A DNA stretch of 63,138 bases, filler included, from Octopus bimaculoides (Eukaryota): NCBI RefSeq assembly GCF_001194135.2. It is 5 parts of 4 records of this genome, joined end to end, with 100 filler letters (N's around TTAATTAATTAA, not from the genome) between each part and the next. Parts side by side here need not be neighbours in the genome. Positions count along the whole stretch, not along the records: positions 21,976 to 53,275 come from NC_068989.1; positions 53,376 to 60,833 come from NC_068986.1; positions 60,934 to 63,138 come from NC_069004.1; 2 more parts are not named here. One strand, written 5' to 3'. Under the pieces are notes generated by a model. It made no database searches, had not been told where the DNA came from, and was given only the letters and a program-made list of their open reading frames with translations. A program made the translations under genes and the position numbers. Position 1 is the stretch's first letter. Each line of letters starts with the position of its first letter. Shown piece after piece: positions 50,088-63,138 of the stretch.

Positions 50088-50840
50088 CAGTTGTCATTCG
50101 AAAATCCAATTCCTTCAGATTTCCGCCATGAATTTCGGAGCGCATTTTCAAATTTACCGCGTTAGCACACCACTGTTTTCTGGAGGCACCATTTATGTTT
50201 TGATGCTCATTCCTTCTCGTTTTATCCTGCACATTCCTTCTCATTTTATCATTTATTTGCTACTGTATAACCCCATTATGGATTCAGCAAAGAAAAGAGG
50301 TGGTGTAAAACGTAAACATCGTGCATTGTCGATCGTAAACAAAGTGGAAATGCTAAAAAAAAACTTAATAGCAGTGTGTCTGTGTGAACTATTTGTGAAA
50401 CATATGACATTGGCTCTTCAACAGTGTATGATATTAAAAGAACAGAAAGAAAAACTGTTGAAGTTCTTTTCTGACAGTGGTTCACAAAAGCAGATGTTTG
50501 TAAGGAAGTCAATGACAGAGGGAAAAGTTTGGAACTGGACCAAGAAATCATGAATATTTACTTGCTTCAAGATAAACTTATTAGAGAAAGACCCAAATAT
50601 ATGAAGCAACAGACACTGCATGATATATTTAAAAAAATAGCTAAGAAGCAGCAGCAGTGTCCACACTTGATAATCCACTACCATCAACTTCAAGTCGACC
50701 AGATGTGCTCTCACCACCATCAATATTTCCTTCACAGGTTGAAGCTGTTTCTGTTGCTGAGGATGTTGTCACTGTCAGTGATGAAGATGATGATCCTGAC
50801 AGCCTATCTGCTATTTAGTTTTTTTTCGAGGGTACAGTAA
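50088..50840 (+). mobile_element. Tigger/pogo-like transposon relic (CENP-B HTH_psq N-terminus, internally deleted)
   Basis: MDSAKKRGGVKRKHRALSIVNKVEML..YDIGSSTVYDIK.QKEKLLKF..RKSM; frameshifted. Confidence 0.75.
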
Positions 50841-51863
50841 TGATTAAAATTCTAAGGAACTATTTTATTTAGTTGAATTAAAATTCTGAGGAATTTTTAA
50901 AATTAAAATTCGCAAGATCTATTTTATTTAGTTGAATTAAAATTCTGTAGAACTATTTTATTTAGTTAGTGAACATTAAAATTTCATTTGCTTTTCATTT
51001 AGTGTTTAATTTTCTTTCTTTAAAGGACTGTATAGGTAGTAATTTTCTGAACAAAATTCATTTAGGCCAATTTTCTACAGATGCCCTTCTTGTTACCAAT
51101 CCTTGGTTGTCTCCAAACAAGGCAATATTTCTTCAAAGCTAGAGATATTTTTACTGAAGATTGCAAATGAAATACACCACTTGTATGACAGTGACATTAT
51201 TTACAACTATCATATATCAAGACAGTGAGACACATACATATACATGTGTGTGTGTGTGTGCATGTGTAAGTATGTATACAATAGGCTTCTTTCAGTTTCC
51301 AACTACTTATCCACTCACAAGGCTTTGGTTGGCCTGGTGGGGGGCTATAGTAAAAGACATTTGCCCAAGTTGCCATGCAGTGGAACTGAACACTAAACCA
51401 TATGGTTGGAAAGTGAACTTCTTAACCAGACAGACATGCCAATTTAAAAACACATGCCGGCACCATGTTAAAAGGATCCATGCCAGCATCACACAAGCAG
51501 CCATGCTGGTTCCACATTAAGAGCACCTGTACTGGTGCCACATTAAAAAGAGCTGCTGTGCTAGAGCCATGTTGTAAGCACTCATGTCGGTGCCATGTAA
51601 AAGCACCCAGTACACTTGGTAGAGTGGTTGGCATCAAGAAGGGCACCCAGTCCTAGAAACCATGCCAAAGCAGACAACTGAGGCCTGGTGCAGCTATCCA
51701 GCTTGCTAGCTCCTATCAAAACATCCAACCAATGCCAGCTTGGAGAATGGACATTAAATGATGTTGATGATGAATATGACAATGATGTTCCATCTATGAA
51801 AGATGTTCTTATTTACTAATAGCTAAAAAAAAAAGTCTAGCACCACCAACTTGGTAGTGTTTA

Positions 51864-52073
51864 CGAGGGGCTGTTGAAAAGTTCCTGGTTTTTAAGGTAT
51901 TTTGGAAGGCCTGGTTGGAAACCCAACCTTCCAAGTTTTTTTACAGGGCTTAGAAAAACTGAAGGATTGCTGCAGTGTGTGAATCTGAGAGGGGAATATG
52001 TTGAATAAGATTATAACTGATCCTCCTGTATTTTTTTTTTTTACCCAAAGCCAAGAACTTTTCAGCATCCCCT
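51864..52073. mobile_element. Mariner-derived MITE
   Basis: TA-cgaggggctgttgaaaagttcctgg / ccaagaacttttcagcatcccct-TA; interior encodes a mariner C-terminus-like ..GEYVE*. Confidence 0.7.
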
Positions 52074-52884
52074 TACAGGTCTACCGATACTTTTCTCAGT
52101 ACAGATTTAGAGGGGAGTTAACTTTGACTTTCATCTTTCTACAACCAGCCAAACACAGAAGCACTCACTTTCTCACTCTCTTTAATGCCTCAAAAATATT
52201 TATCTTGTTTCTAAAAAAAAAATTTTAAAAGAGGTAATTATTGTGTTAAATGTTTCCCTAAACCACTGAATAAGAACCAGTTTTCAAATAACATGACAAA
52301 CCTTTTGTTGACATTTACGTAATAATTGTTACATCAGCAGACTTAAGTATGACACTTATTTTATTTTTTAAAGACTTAGAGTTTCAGCTTTCTAACAATT
52401 GACAGAATGTATGTAAATTGTAGCTGCACTATTTCTGTGTGTTCTTGGAGAACTGAGGCATTTCCTGATAACTACCGCATCACATTCTCTTGAAAGCTAA
52501 CAACTGTATGAATGTTTTAATCTAACTGCTATACTTACTGTATAGTCATCATTATCATCCTTTAATGACCATTTTTCATGCTGGCATGGGTTGGATGGTT
52601 TGACCAGAGCTGGCAAGCAGGAGAGCTGCACCAGGTTCTAGTCTGATTTGGCTTGGTTTCTACAGCTGGATCTCCTTTCTAATGCCAACCACTTTACAGA
52701 GTGTGCTGGGTGATTTTTATGTGGCACTAGTATGGGCACTTCTATGTGGCACTGGCATGGGTGCTATTACATGGTGCTCTAACAATTCATTCACCAATGA
52801 TTTTTATTATTACCCACAATGGCACAATACATAGAGGACAAAATAACTCACAAAATGTAAGGCTTCAATCAAAAGGAAAAATAG

Positions 52885-53245
52885 CAAGGCATGGCTGTGT
52901 GGTAAGAAGCTTGCTTCCCAACCACATGGTTTCAGGTTCAGTCGCCACTGAGTGGAAGTGTCTTCTCCTATAGCTTCAGCCCGACCAAAGCCTTATGAAT
53001 GGATTTGGTAGATGGAAACTGAAAGAAGCCTGTAATATGAGTGTGTGCGTGTGTCTGTCCTCTACCAACACTTCACAACAGGTGTCAGTGTGTTTACGTC
53101 CCTGTAACCTAGCAGTTCAGCAAAAAAGGCTGATAGAATAAGTATCAGGTTTAAAATAAGCACTGGAGTTGATTTATTTGACTAAAAATTTTTCAAGGTG
53201 GTGCATGTTTTCAATCTAATGACTGAAACAAGTAAAAGATAAAAA
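52885..53245 (+). mobile_element. SINE family A copy
   Basis: Collinear with the reverse complement of 44827-45208. Confidence 0.8.
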
Positions 53246-53799
53246 TGCAAAAATAAAATGATAATAAGAACTTCANNNNNNNNNNNNNNNNNNNNNNNNN
53301 NNNNNNNNNNNNNNNNNNNTTAATTAATTAANNNNNNNNNNNNNNNNNNNNNNNNNNNNNNNNNNNNNNNNNNNNAACCCCCTTTTTAAACCCCCTTTTT
53401 TTTTTAAAGAAAAGCTCTACAGCTGTATTTGTCCCCTCTGTGTGCAGCCCTGTGTGGCTAATAAAAGAAAGTTATCTCTCTAACTATGTACCTACATATT
53501 TATCTATCTAGTTATCTATCTATCTATTTATCCCAATACACACACACACACACACACACACACATAAACATAGTACGTTTATTGTTAGAACAAAAGAAAC
53601 AGTAAAATAACAAATTAGAAAAAGCCAATACAGATTGCTGATAGCTGATAATGTAGATAAGCATATTAAATGTATTTACTAAAGCTGTAAGTAATGACAA
53701 TTAAACAAGGGTTCCGCTTTAATGCGTTTGTTCTGTTTTTTTTTGTTTTTTTCTATTCGTGATGTGAAAAAAAGCCCAAATTGACCCACATATTGGTTT

Positions 53800-54012
53800 A
53801 AAATTTTGGCACAAGATCAGCAATTTCGTGGGGTGGGGTTAAGTTCGATTACATTGACCCTAGTAATTAACTGGTACTTATTTTATCGACCCCGAAAGGA
53901 TGAAAAACAATGAAGGCCTTGACAGATTTTGAACTCAGAATGTAAAGATGGACGAAATGCCACTAAGCATTTTGCCCGGTGTACTTAACGATTCTGCCAG
54001 CTCACCTCCTCA
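53800..54012 (-). mobile_element. tRNA-derived SINE family C copy
   Basis: ttatcgaccccgaaaggatgaaa..tttgaactcagaa..gattctgccagctcacc; same family as 54543-54757. Confidence 0.75.
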
Positions 54013-54542
54013 AAATATATCTAAATATCAGAACGCCTTTAGCAGGGATAATGATCTATACCGGAATGTAAACGCATTCCTTCTATGCTTTCGCTGTGTC
54101 TTGCACAAATTATGTCTACTAAACAACGAGCTGTCTAACTCAAATTAAGTTCTTCGGACAAAATGCTTAGTGGTATTTCTTGTCGCTTTACACTCTGTGT
54201 TCAAACACCACTGACGTCATCTTTACTTTTCATCCTTTCGAGGGATGGATAAAAAACAAAAAAGGTGTGTGCTGGGGTCGTTGTAATCGACTAACCTCAC
54301 CGCACCACAAAATTGCACCAAAATTTGAAAAAAAAGAAATGAAAATTCCCATTTATAACGCAGCACAAGATCACAAATTTCCGAGAAGGGTTTAGTCGAT
54401 CAAATCGACCTGAAATATTTGACCGGTGCTTTATTATATCCACCTCGGTGACATTTAAAGTTAATTAAATGCTGCAAAGGATTTTGCTCGATGCTCTATC
54501 GATTCTACCAATCCACTGTCTTGGATTTGAATAATAATAATA

Positions 54543-54757
54543 ATCCTTTCTACTATAGGCACAAGGCCTAAAATTGGGGGAGGGGACAGTCGATTAGATC
54601 GACCCACCAATACGCAAGTGGTACTTAATTTATCGACCCCGAAAGGATGAAAGGTAAAGTTGACCTCGACGGAATTTGAACTGAGAAAGTAACGGCAGAC
54701 GAAATACCGCAAAGCATTTCGCCCAATGTGCAAACGATTCTGCCAGCTCACCGCCTT
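54543..54757 (-). mobile_element. tRNA-derived SINE family C, full length
   Basis: Minus head aaggcggtgagctggcagaatcgtt..ttcaaattcc and core ctttcatcctttcggggtcgataaattaagtacc. Further copies near 54150, 58615-58757 and 59010-59112. Confidence 0.8.
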
Positions 54758-55212
54758 GGATTTAAATAATGGTAATTCTAAAAAAATTACGCGTTAAATT
54801 TTTGAAGTGTCTTACATGATTTTTTTCTGTTCAGCTTGAAGTTTCAATCAGAATGGATTAATACTAATATAATAAATACTAATAATAATACTCAAGTCTG
54901 AATGGATTAATGTTAATGCGCCATTCCCAAGGAAAGCGCTTTTTCCGCCCCCTCTTANNNNNNNNNNNNNNNNNNNNNNNNNNNNNNNNNNNNNNNNNNN
55001 NNNNNNNNNNNNNNNNNNNNNNNNNNNNNNNNNNNNNNNNNNNNNNNNNNNNNNNNNNNNNNNNNNNNNNNNNNNNNNNNNNNNNNNNNNNNNNNNNNNN
55101 NNNNNNNNNNNNNNNNATATATATGGTTCAAATGCACAGAAAACAAAAAACAAAGACAAGTGAGGGAACAACATGTAGGTGTATTAGTTTGACGCTCGAG
55201 AAAAATGGAAAA

Positions 55213-55250
55213 GTTTTTGACATTTCGAGCCGACGCTCTTCGACAGAAAG
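55213..55250 (-). ncRNA. Hammerhead-like motif with CUGUCGA core variant
   Basis: cttt-CTGTCGA-A-GAGC-gtcg-GCTC-GAAA-TG-TC-AAAA. Confidence 0.45.
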
Positions 55251-55329
55251 AGTGGAGAGAAAAAAATGGATAGAAAGAAACAAATGGTGACAGAAAAAAA
55301 TTTTTCGTACTCAATAGTTTACCAATAAT

Positions 55330-55920
55330 GTATTCATATATATTTGCACCAAAGCAATCCTTTTTAACGATAGTATTGTATAATACTTTGGCAATGATGT
55401 CAAGCCACGTAGGAAGGAAATATCTTGATAACATTTTAGGTTCATCGGTTGATCACAATATGAAATGTTCTCTAAAGATACATGACATAATCGATATTTT
55501 TGGTCACATTTATGTTGTTTATGGCTTCTCTAACACTTGTACTAAACAGACATTTTGTAAGCCATCTCTTTTGTAAGCCATCTCTTGGCTTGCAAAAGCA
55601 TAACCTGCGAACGGTAAAACGGCTATACTTGTTGATATTGACGTCAGTATCACGACTTCAAGATTATTAACAAAAAAGTATGAGGTATATTCGGGTTTGC
55701 TGTAGTCCCTAGGTTATACACACTGGCTTTCTCTAAAAGAAACGTCAGTAGATTTCGTGCCAAAATAAATAGAAATACAAACAGGATATCACCTTGGAAA
55801 ATGCCTTTTGAAACATTTATGATATGAGAAACTGGCTCGTTAAGATAGGAACGTTTCATGAATTGGCCAGGATAACATGCACAAGAGCCTTGCAGATCTT
55901 TCCTGTATTTGTATAGTTTA
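55330..55920 (-). mobile_element. R4/Dong-like non-LTR retrotransposon relic (RT domains 4-5 and C-terminal region)
   Basis: INVSKGIFQGDILFVFLFILARNLLTFLL (cf. GIFQGDSLSPLLF) and PKMLSRYFLP..DIIAKVLYN. Confidence 0.65.
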
Positions 55921-56679
55921 GTATATATATATGTACTCCCCAACTAACCAAGAAAATTTGCCAATTTTAACAGACACTGCTGCTACTACTGCTGTTGCTG
56001 TCGGTGTTGCTGCTGCTGCTGAATTTTACCCAAACAATCAGTTATGAAAAACAGCTCATAGATGAATGTCATGGTTTACTACGACTACAAAGCCTAATTC
56101 AAACTAATAACGGAGGAAAATTCTTCTTCGAACAGTGTCATACTTATATACTCTGAAGAGATCGTATATATATATAATACAAATAATATGTGAGTATATG
56201 CATATATACGTACATGTATGTACATACCTACATCTACATGTATATATAGATGCATATCTGGGTACAGGATGTTGCAAAAAAACGTCGACAAAATGATAAA
56301 CGGAGCACAGAAAACACACAGGTTACATAGAGAACATTTCCTTCATCAGCTGCCTTCATTCTAAAACTAAGCGTTTCGAAGAGTTAGACGTCATAAATTC
56401 ATAAATCGCTGCATATAAATATGCAACAATATGGAAGTAATGCGATCGAAACACGTGTCAGACAATTATTATGAATAAACATGAAGCTTGAATGTTCAAA
56501 TTCTTCATTCTCCATATTATCAATGTTGTATTTTACACTCTAAGTAGCCAAGAAATAAACTGTAACATCGGATGGAAGTTAAAGGAAATTTTACCATAAA
56601 ACTTACCATCTGAAGGAACTAGCCTTGGCATTTTACATAGAGAAATTCGGTATCTGCCTGAATATCATGTCCCTCCTCT

Positions 56680-56713
<34 letters not shown>

Positions 56714-58789
56714 GTCACTAATGTGAACAAGGGCACTAATCAGCACCTATATTGCTAGAAATAAGAGTCAAAACAAATCAATTGCCACAAGAAAGCACTA
56801 TCTTAATGAACTGACAAGGGAGACAAGCCCCCTACGGTTGCAGATAGAGCTACATCACCGATGATTTAGCATTCTGATGCCTAACGCTTCTTAATGCTCA
56901 TCGGTAGCTCTCACCGCGCCTAGGGTTAAACTCTTCTTGCCTTGTCAGTTTATAAGATCTCCGTTGAAATAATATGCTGATTTCATAAACGGTAAAGTGA
57001 GAATTATAAATATGGGTAGCTAATTAAATATTTTACAACCTAAAGCCACGTTGTGAAATTGCAAATTAGCCACCCATATTATTCATATACTAGCTGACCA
57101 CGTGCTGTCAACAACGACGGCTAATTGTAGCATTTTATATATAAATAAGGTACAAAATAAGGTACATAATGATCTCACATACAAACACTTACATACTCCC
57201 TTGTACACGAACAAACATACACACATACACTCACACAGAGTTGAAGCTGATTTTTTTCACCCCTTCCTTTCTCTCATTCCTCTTACTTTCTCTCCCTCCC
57301 TCTCAGTCAGGGCTATTACTCTCACTACTTCTCCTTCACTGAATTACTATTTTCTCTCCCCCTCCGCGTCCGGCGTGATTCTGGAGAAATATACATATAT
57401 ACAAATATATAAAAACACTATGCTTATTAATATATCAGGAGATAAATATATGTAGATAGATAAATAGATACAGAGAGAGAAAGAGAGAGAGAGAGGGGGG
57501 AGAGAGATAGAGAGAGAGAGAGAAAGAGAGAACGTGTATGTGTCTTTCCGTTTGTGCTTGTCCCCATTATCACTTGACAACCGGTATCTGTTTGCTTATG
57601 TTCCTGTAATTTAGCAGCTTGACAAAAATAAGTAAAAAGACTTGCAAAAATAAGTACTGAGATCGATTTTGTTCAACTAAACGCTTTCAGGCAATGCCCC
57701 AGCATGACCGCATTCCGATGACTGAGGTAAATAATATTATATAGATTATAGCTTCCATACAAATCGAACACTGATCTCTTGCACGACATACCACTTTATT
57801 ACCGTAAAAACGTTAAATTTTTCATATGAGACATATCTGTTAACCACATATGTGGCTTAAGTTAGGTAATTTCATTACCAGACACGCAGCAGATATTCTT
57901 TAGGTTTTGTTTGAAAGCAACAGCAGCTGTACACAAACAGCTATTTTGTTTAATACTTCCTATTTTATGTTTTCATATCGTTTTTAGTGCTATCGAAGGG
58001 AATTTTTAGTGTGTGAATGGTTGTTTGTATTTCAATTCTCATGGAAAAACTGTTGTCGAAAGATTTCTTTTTTACCTATTACTTGTGTCAGTCATTGGAC
58101 AGCGGCCATCCAGGGGCACCGCCTTCAAAGATTTTAATCTAAAAAATCAACCCTTGTACTTGTTTTCTTTTATCCTAGAACTTATTCTAGAGGTTTCTTC
58201 TGCTGGGGCACTAAGTTACAAGGACATAAATAAACCAACACTGGTTGTCAAGTGGTGAGGGAAAACACACACACACACATATATATGCATATATATATAT
58301 ATNNNNNNNNNNNNNNNNNNNNNNNNNNNNNNNNNNNNNNNNNNNNNNNNNNNNNNNNNNNNNNNNNNNNNNNNNNNNNNNNNNNNTAATAATAATAATA
58401 ATAATAGAGATAAAAATCAAATTTACAGGTAAAAAATCAATTTAATTTAATTTATCAAAGTTAAAATTAAATTAAGTTTCACAGAATAAATATATAATTT
58501 TGAGAAAAGAACCACAATTCCTGAACTCATCCATGAAAATCCACAGTCACATATAGAAAAATTTAATAAGTAAATACACTAAAAAGAACTATAATAAAAA
58601 GATCAACCAGTATGCAACTGGTACTTAATTTATCGACCTCGAAAGGATGAAAGCAAAGTTGACCTCGGTGGAATTTGAACTCAAAACGTAAAGACAGACC
58701 AAATACCGTTATGTATTCCGTCCGACGTGCTAACTTTTCTGCCAGCTCGCCGCCTTGCTGGTACTTATATTATCGACTGTATTATATAT

Positions 58790-59918
58790 CGATTAAGGAT
58801 AGTTAAAGCACCAATATAAAGTATTAGACCCAAACGGAGACATGGTTGAATCTTCTGGAATTGTGTAAGAAACGACAGTCGAAATGGTCTTCTCTCTTGT
58901 ACTGTTCTACGTAATTTGTATACACGCTGCAATAGATACAAACAGTTTCGACTACGTCTGTGTGTATACGTGCATGTATATAAATAAATAGACATAAATG
59001 ATGAAAGGCAAACTTGATCAAGGCGGAATTTGAATTCAGAACTTAAAGTCAGAGAAAATGCCGTTGAGCATTTTTTCCTAGCGCGGTAACGATTCTGCCA
59101 TCTCGCCGCGTTAACTAGGACGAAATATTAGACGAAGCGATTAATGCAGTGCCCATAGGTGACAAAATATGGATAAAGCGATATATTGATGCACAGGGGA
59201 GGAAAGTTTAGAGAAAAAAAGAGTAAGTCTTAGAACATGCTAGATTTGACAGAGCGTGGGTTTAGAATCAATTTCAACACAAGTCGCCACGGCGGTGATA
59301 TAAATAAGAAGCGTCTTTTTGAATGGATGAGAGACATATTCAGAGCATGGACAGATCTGTCTAGCTAAGAGATTCACTCACATGCCAGACATGATGGATT
59401 GCTTTCTGGATGCCAATAGCAGTATTGTCACTGGTTTTGGCTTTGAGACATGTCTTTCAGAGATACTTACATGAATTGTCTGCGTGTTTCTATGGATGAT
59501 TTGGAAATATTTATTGTTTAAAGAAAGACAGAATTGAAAAGAGAGGCAGGGAAGTTTTATATAAGTGAAAGAGAGAAAAGCGTTAAGGAGTAAAGGAAGG
59601 CACGTTGAAGAAGAAAGAAAGAAAGGGAGTAGCGTAAAAGAGTTACTTGAGCAAATATTTTCTGCCAGCAGTGTGGCCTCATTGAATAATCATTTCAAAA
59701 GCTAAGAGGCCGATTAAAGATAGTTAAAGCAACAAAATAAAGTATAAGACCCAAGGGAAGACATGGTTGAATCTTCTGGAATTTGTGTAAGAAACGACGG
59801 CCGAAATGGGCTTCTCTCTTGTACTGTTATATGTAATTTGTATACACGCTGCAATAGATACAAACAGTTTCGACTACGTCTGTGTGTATACGTGTATGTA
59901 TATAAATAAACAGGCATA
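58790..59918. repeat. ~205-bp direct repeat pair (58790-58996 and 59711-59918)
   Basis: About 90% identical by eye, 921 bp apart; no TG..CA termini. Confidence 0.9.
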
Positions 59919-60210
59919 CATTTACAGGTATATGTATAGTTTTCATCGCAACTGCCTGACGAACAGGAACGTGAAATTCTGAGTAACAGTTTTGTGAGAA
60001 CTTTGTAGCTTTAATAAAAGCATATCACTCTACCTTTAGTATTTTTCCTCTTTGTTTTACACTTATGTTCTCACCTGTGTGTGTATATATATTATTATAT
60101 CAGACTATGGATAATTATAACAGTTATTATAGTCCATTCTGCATTGTTGTGCCGCTCAAGACACGTTATATTTTACAAACAATACACATTGCTTCGAACG
60201 AACTACAATG

Positions 60211-60290
<80 letters not shown>

Positions 60291-60358
60291 AATTAATAAA
60301 CGGAATGACCACAAAAGTGGAGTCCTATATGCTAAAGATAGAGGTCAAATTGTCTTAC

Positions 60359-60373
60359 CACGATGAGTGCATT
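60359..60373 (-). CDS. Candidate 15-nt microexon
   Basis: Minus: gatttttttctttag|AATGCACTCATCGTG|gtaaga; open in all three phases. Confidence 0.25.
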
Positions 60374-60933
60374 CTAAAGAAAAAAATCTCACCAAACGCC
60401 AGAATGTAAAAATAAGCAAGACAAATGAAAATATACAAAATGAAAGGATTACCTACGTATCATGATTTCGTTATTAACACTTGCAAAATAGAAAATGCAA
60501 AGTGCAAAATGCAAATATCTGTAACTCCTCAGCGTAGTCTGCGTATTTCAAAACATATTTCACAGAACTATACACAGAAACGTTCACCCGAAAGAAAGTA
60601 CTTCGGATATTTTGGAATATGCTAGACCACTGGTTTAAATTTTCAATCGATTTATTTTGAATCGATTTGATATTTTATTTGATTTTTTTATTTTTTATTT
60701 GAAAATATGCTTATGAAACACGTGTAGTCATTTTTACTATTCTAATATTTATTACTTTGTACTTTTTTTAATTTTTATTGTAGGTCTTTTTAGATTATTT
60801 ACTTATTAAATTTTTCTATATGTGATTGTGGATNNNNNNNNNNNNNNNNNNNNNNNNNNNNNNNNNNNNNNNNNNNNTTAATTAATTAANNNNNNNNNNN
60901 NNNNNNNNNNNNNNNNNNNNNNNNNNNNNNNNN

Positions 60934-63138
60934 GTACGAATGAGCGACCGAACGATATGAACGAACTAACGAACGAACGTATGTTTATTCGTAATTAGAT
61001 ATGTATGAATGAACGAAGGAACGAACAAACGTACGTACGTACGAACGAAAGAACTAACGTACGTCCGTATGTACGAACGAACGAAATTAAGGAACGAACG
61101 AAAGAACGATTGAACGTATGTACGTACATGCGTAAGAATGAACGTACGACCGAGTGTACGTACGTACGAATGAATGAACATACGTACGTACGAACGATCG
61201 AACGAATGATCGTACGTACGTACGGAAGAACGAAACAAACAAACGAATGAACGAACGAGCGAAAGAACGAACGAAGTAACGAAAGAATGGACGAATGAAC
61301 GAACGAGTCAACGATCGAGCAAACGAAAGAACGTACGTACGTATGTACGAACAAACGAAGGAACGAATGAACAAACAAACGTACGTACGTAGGAACGAAC
61401 GCATGTGCGAACGAAAGAAAGATCGAACGAAAAAACAAACAAACGAACGAACGAACGAAAGTACGTACATACATCCGTACGTTGGATCGATCGAATGAGC
61501 GAACGAACGTACGTACGTACATACGAACGAAAGAACTAACGTACGTCCGTACGGACGAACGAATGTAATTAAGGAACGAACGAACACAGGAACGAAAGAA
61601 CGATTGAACGTATGTACGTACATACGTAAGAATGAACGTACGAACGAGCGTACGTACGTACGAATGAATGAACATACGTACGTACGAACGATCGAACGAA
61701 CGAACGTACGTACGTACGTAAGTACGAACGAATGATCGAACGAACGAAAGATAGAACATAAGAACGAACGAACGTAATTACGTACGTACGAACGAATGTA
61801 CGTATATAAGTACCTACGTACGAACGTATGTCAGAACGAACGAACGTACGGACGGATGAAAGAACGTACGTACGTATGTACGGATTTTTGTGCGTAAGTA
61901 CGCATGTAAGAACGAACGAACGATCGAACAAACGGACGAACATAGAAACGGACGTACGAACGAAGGAATGTACGAAAGAATGAACGAATAAATGAACGAA
62001 AGAATGTACGTACGTACGAAATAAAGAACGAACGAGCGAAATTACGAACGAAGTAACGAACGAACAAATGATCGTACGTACGTACGAAAGAACGAAACAA
62101 ACGAACGAACGAAAGAACGAACGAACATTCGAACGAAACAAACAAACGAATAAACGAACGAGCGAAAGAACGAACGAAGTAACGANNNNNNNNNNAACGA
62201 AATTAAGGAACGAACGTACAAACGATCGAAAGAACGATTGAACGTATGTACGTACATACGTAAGAATGAAAGTACGTACGAATAAATGAAAGTAGGTATG
62301 TACGAACGATCGAACGAACGAACGAAGGAAAGAACGACGTAACGAATGAACGAACGTACTTACGTACGTAAGAACGAACGTACGAACGAAAGAACGAACG
62401 AACGTACGTACGTACGTTTGTACGTAAGTACGAACGAACAAAGGTACGCAAGTACGTATGTAAGTAAGAAAGAACGATCGAACGAACGAAATAAAGAACG
62501 TAAGAACGAACGAAGTAACGAAAGAATGGACGAATGAACGAACGAGACAACGATCGAGCAAATGATCGAGTAATTACGTACGTACGAACGAACGTACGTA
62601 GGTACGTATATAAGTACCTACGTACGAAAGAACGTAAATACGTCTGTTCGTACGTAAAAACGAAGGAACGAACAAACAAATGAGCGAACGAAGTAACGAA
62701 CGAATGTACGCACGTACGTACGTAGGAACGAACGAACGTACGCACGTATGTACGAACGAACGAACGAACGAATATACGTGCGTACGGACGAATGAACGAA
62801 AGAACGTACGAAAGAACGTACGAATGAACGAACGAACGTACAAAAGAATGAACGAACGAACGAACAATCGTCCGTACGTACGTGCGTAGGAACGAACGAA
62901 CGAACGAATGATCGTACGTACGTACGGACGAACGAACGAAAGAACGAACGAACGAAAGAACGAACGAACGATCGAACGAAACAAACAAACGAATGAACGA
63001 ACGAGCGAAAGTACGAACGAAGTAACGAAAGAATGGACGAACGAACGAACGAGACAACGATCGAGCAAACGAAAGAACGTATGTTCGAACAAACGAAGGA
63101 ACGAATGAACAAACAAATGTACGTACGTAGGAACGAAC
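60934..63138. repeat. Complex CpG-rich (ACGA/ACGT/AAGA/ATGA)n satellite with higher-order blocks
   Basis: Tetramer mosaic; marker aattaaggaacgaacg recurs near 61085, 61567 and 62201. Explains the FVRS/TNER ORFs. Confidence 0.95.

Noticed and set aside
56340-56390. Permuted hammerhead (GAAA..CTGATGA on minus)
   Set aside because: Helix I cannot form convincingly and helix II is only ~3 bp.
60966-63116. FVRS/TNER repeat ORFs up to 330 aa
   Set aside because: Translation of a tetranucleotide satellite; open in several frames on both strands.

Overview
Eukaryotic, repeat-dominated DNA. The abundant (TA)n/(CA)n/(CT)n microsatellites and tRNA-derived SINE families point to a coleoid cephalopod, probably Octopus (inference; no database search was possible). 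Roughly 5 kb is N-gap. I could not identify any host protein-coding gene. Almost all ORFs in the track come from microsatellites, N-gaps or transposon relics, leaving only weak exon and microexon candidates. Supported content: a full-length decayed Hsmar1-like mariner with TIRs, a deleted Tc1/mariner, a Gypsy LTR+PBS+gag, a hAT 5' end with a BED finger, a Tigger relic, RTE and R4/Dong LINE relics, several Penelope-like (PLE) relics, MITEs with TSDs, many SINEs, a CpG-rich motif cluster resembling a bidirectional housekeeping promoter (~35.85-35.97 kb), and a 2.2 kb ACGA/ACGT satellite. The most interesting signal is not in the ORF track. It is a dense set (about ten) of PLE-type minimal hammerhead-ribozyme motifs. 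Three of them share the palindromic helix III ACAGCTG(T/C), one has an intact catalytic core (32305-32386, minus), and three lie in fold-back (inverted-repeat) cassettes that would yield dsRNA.
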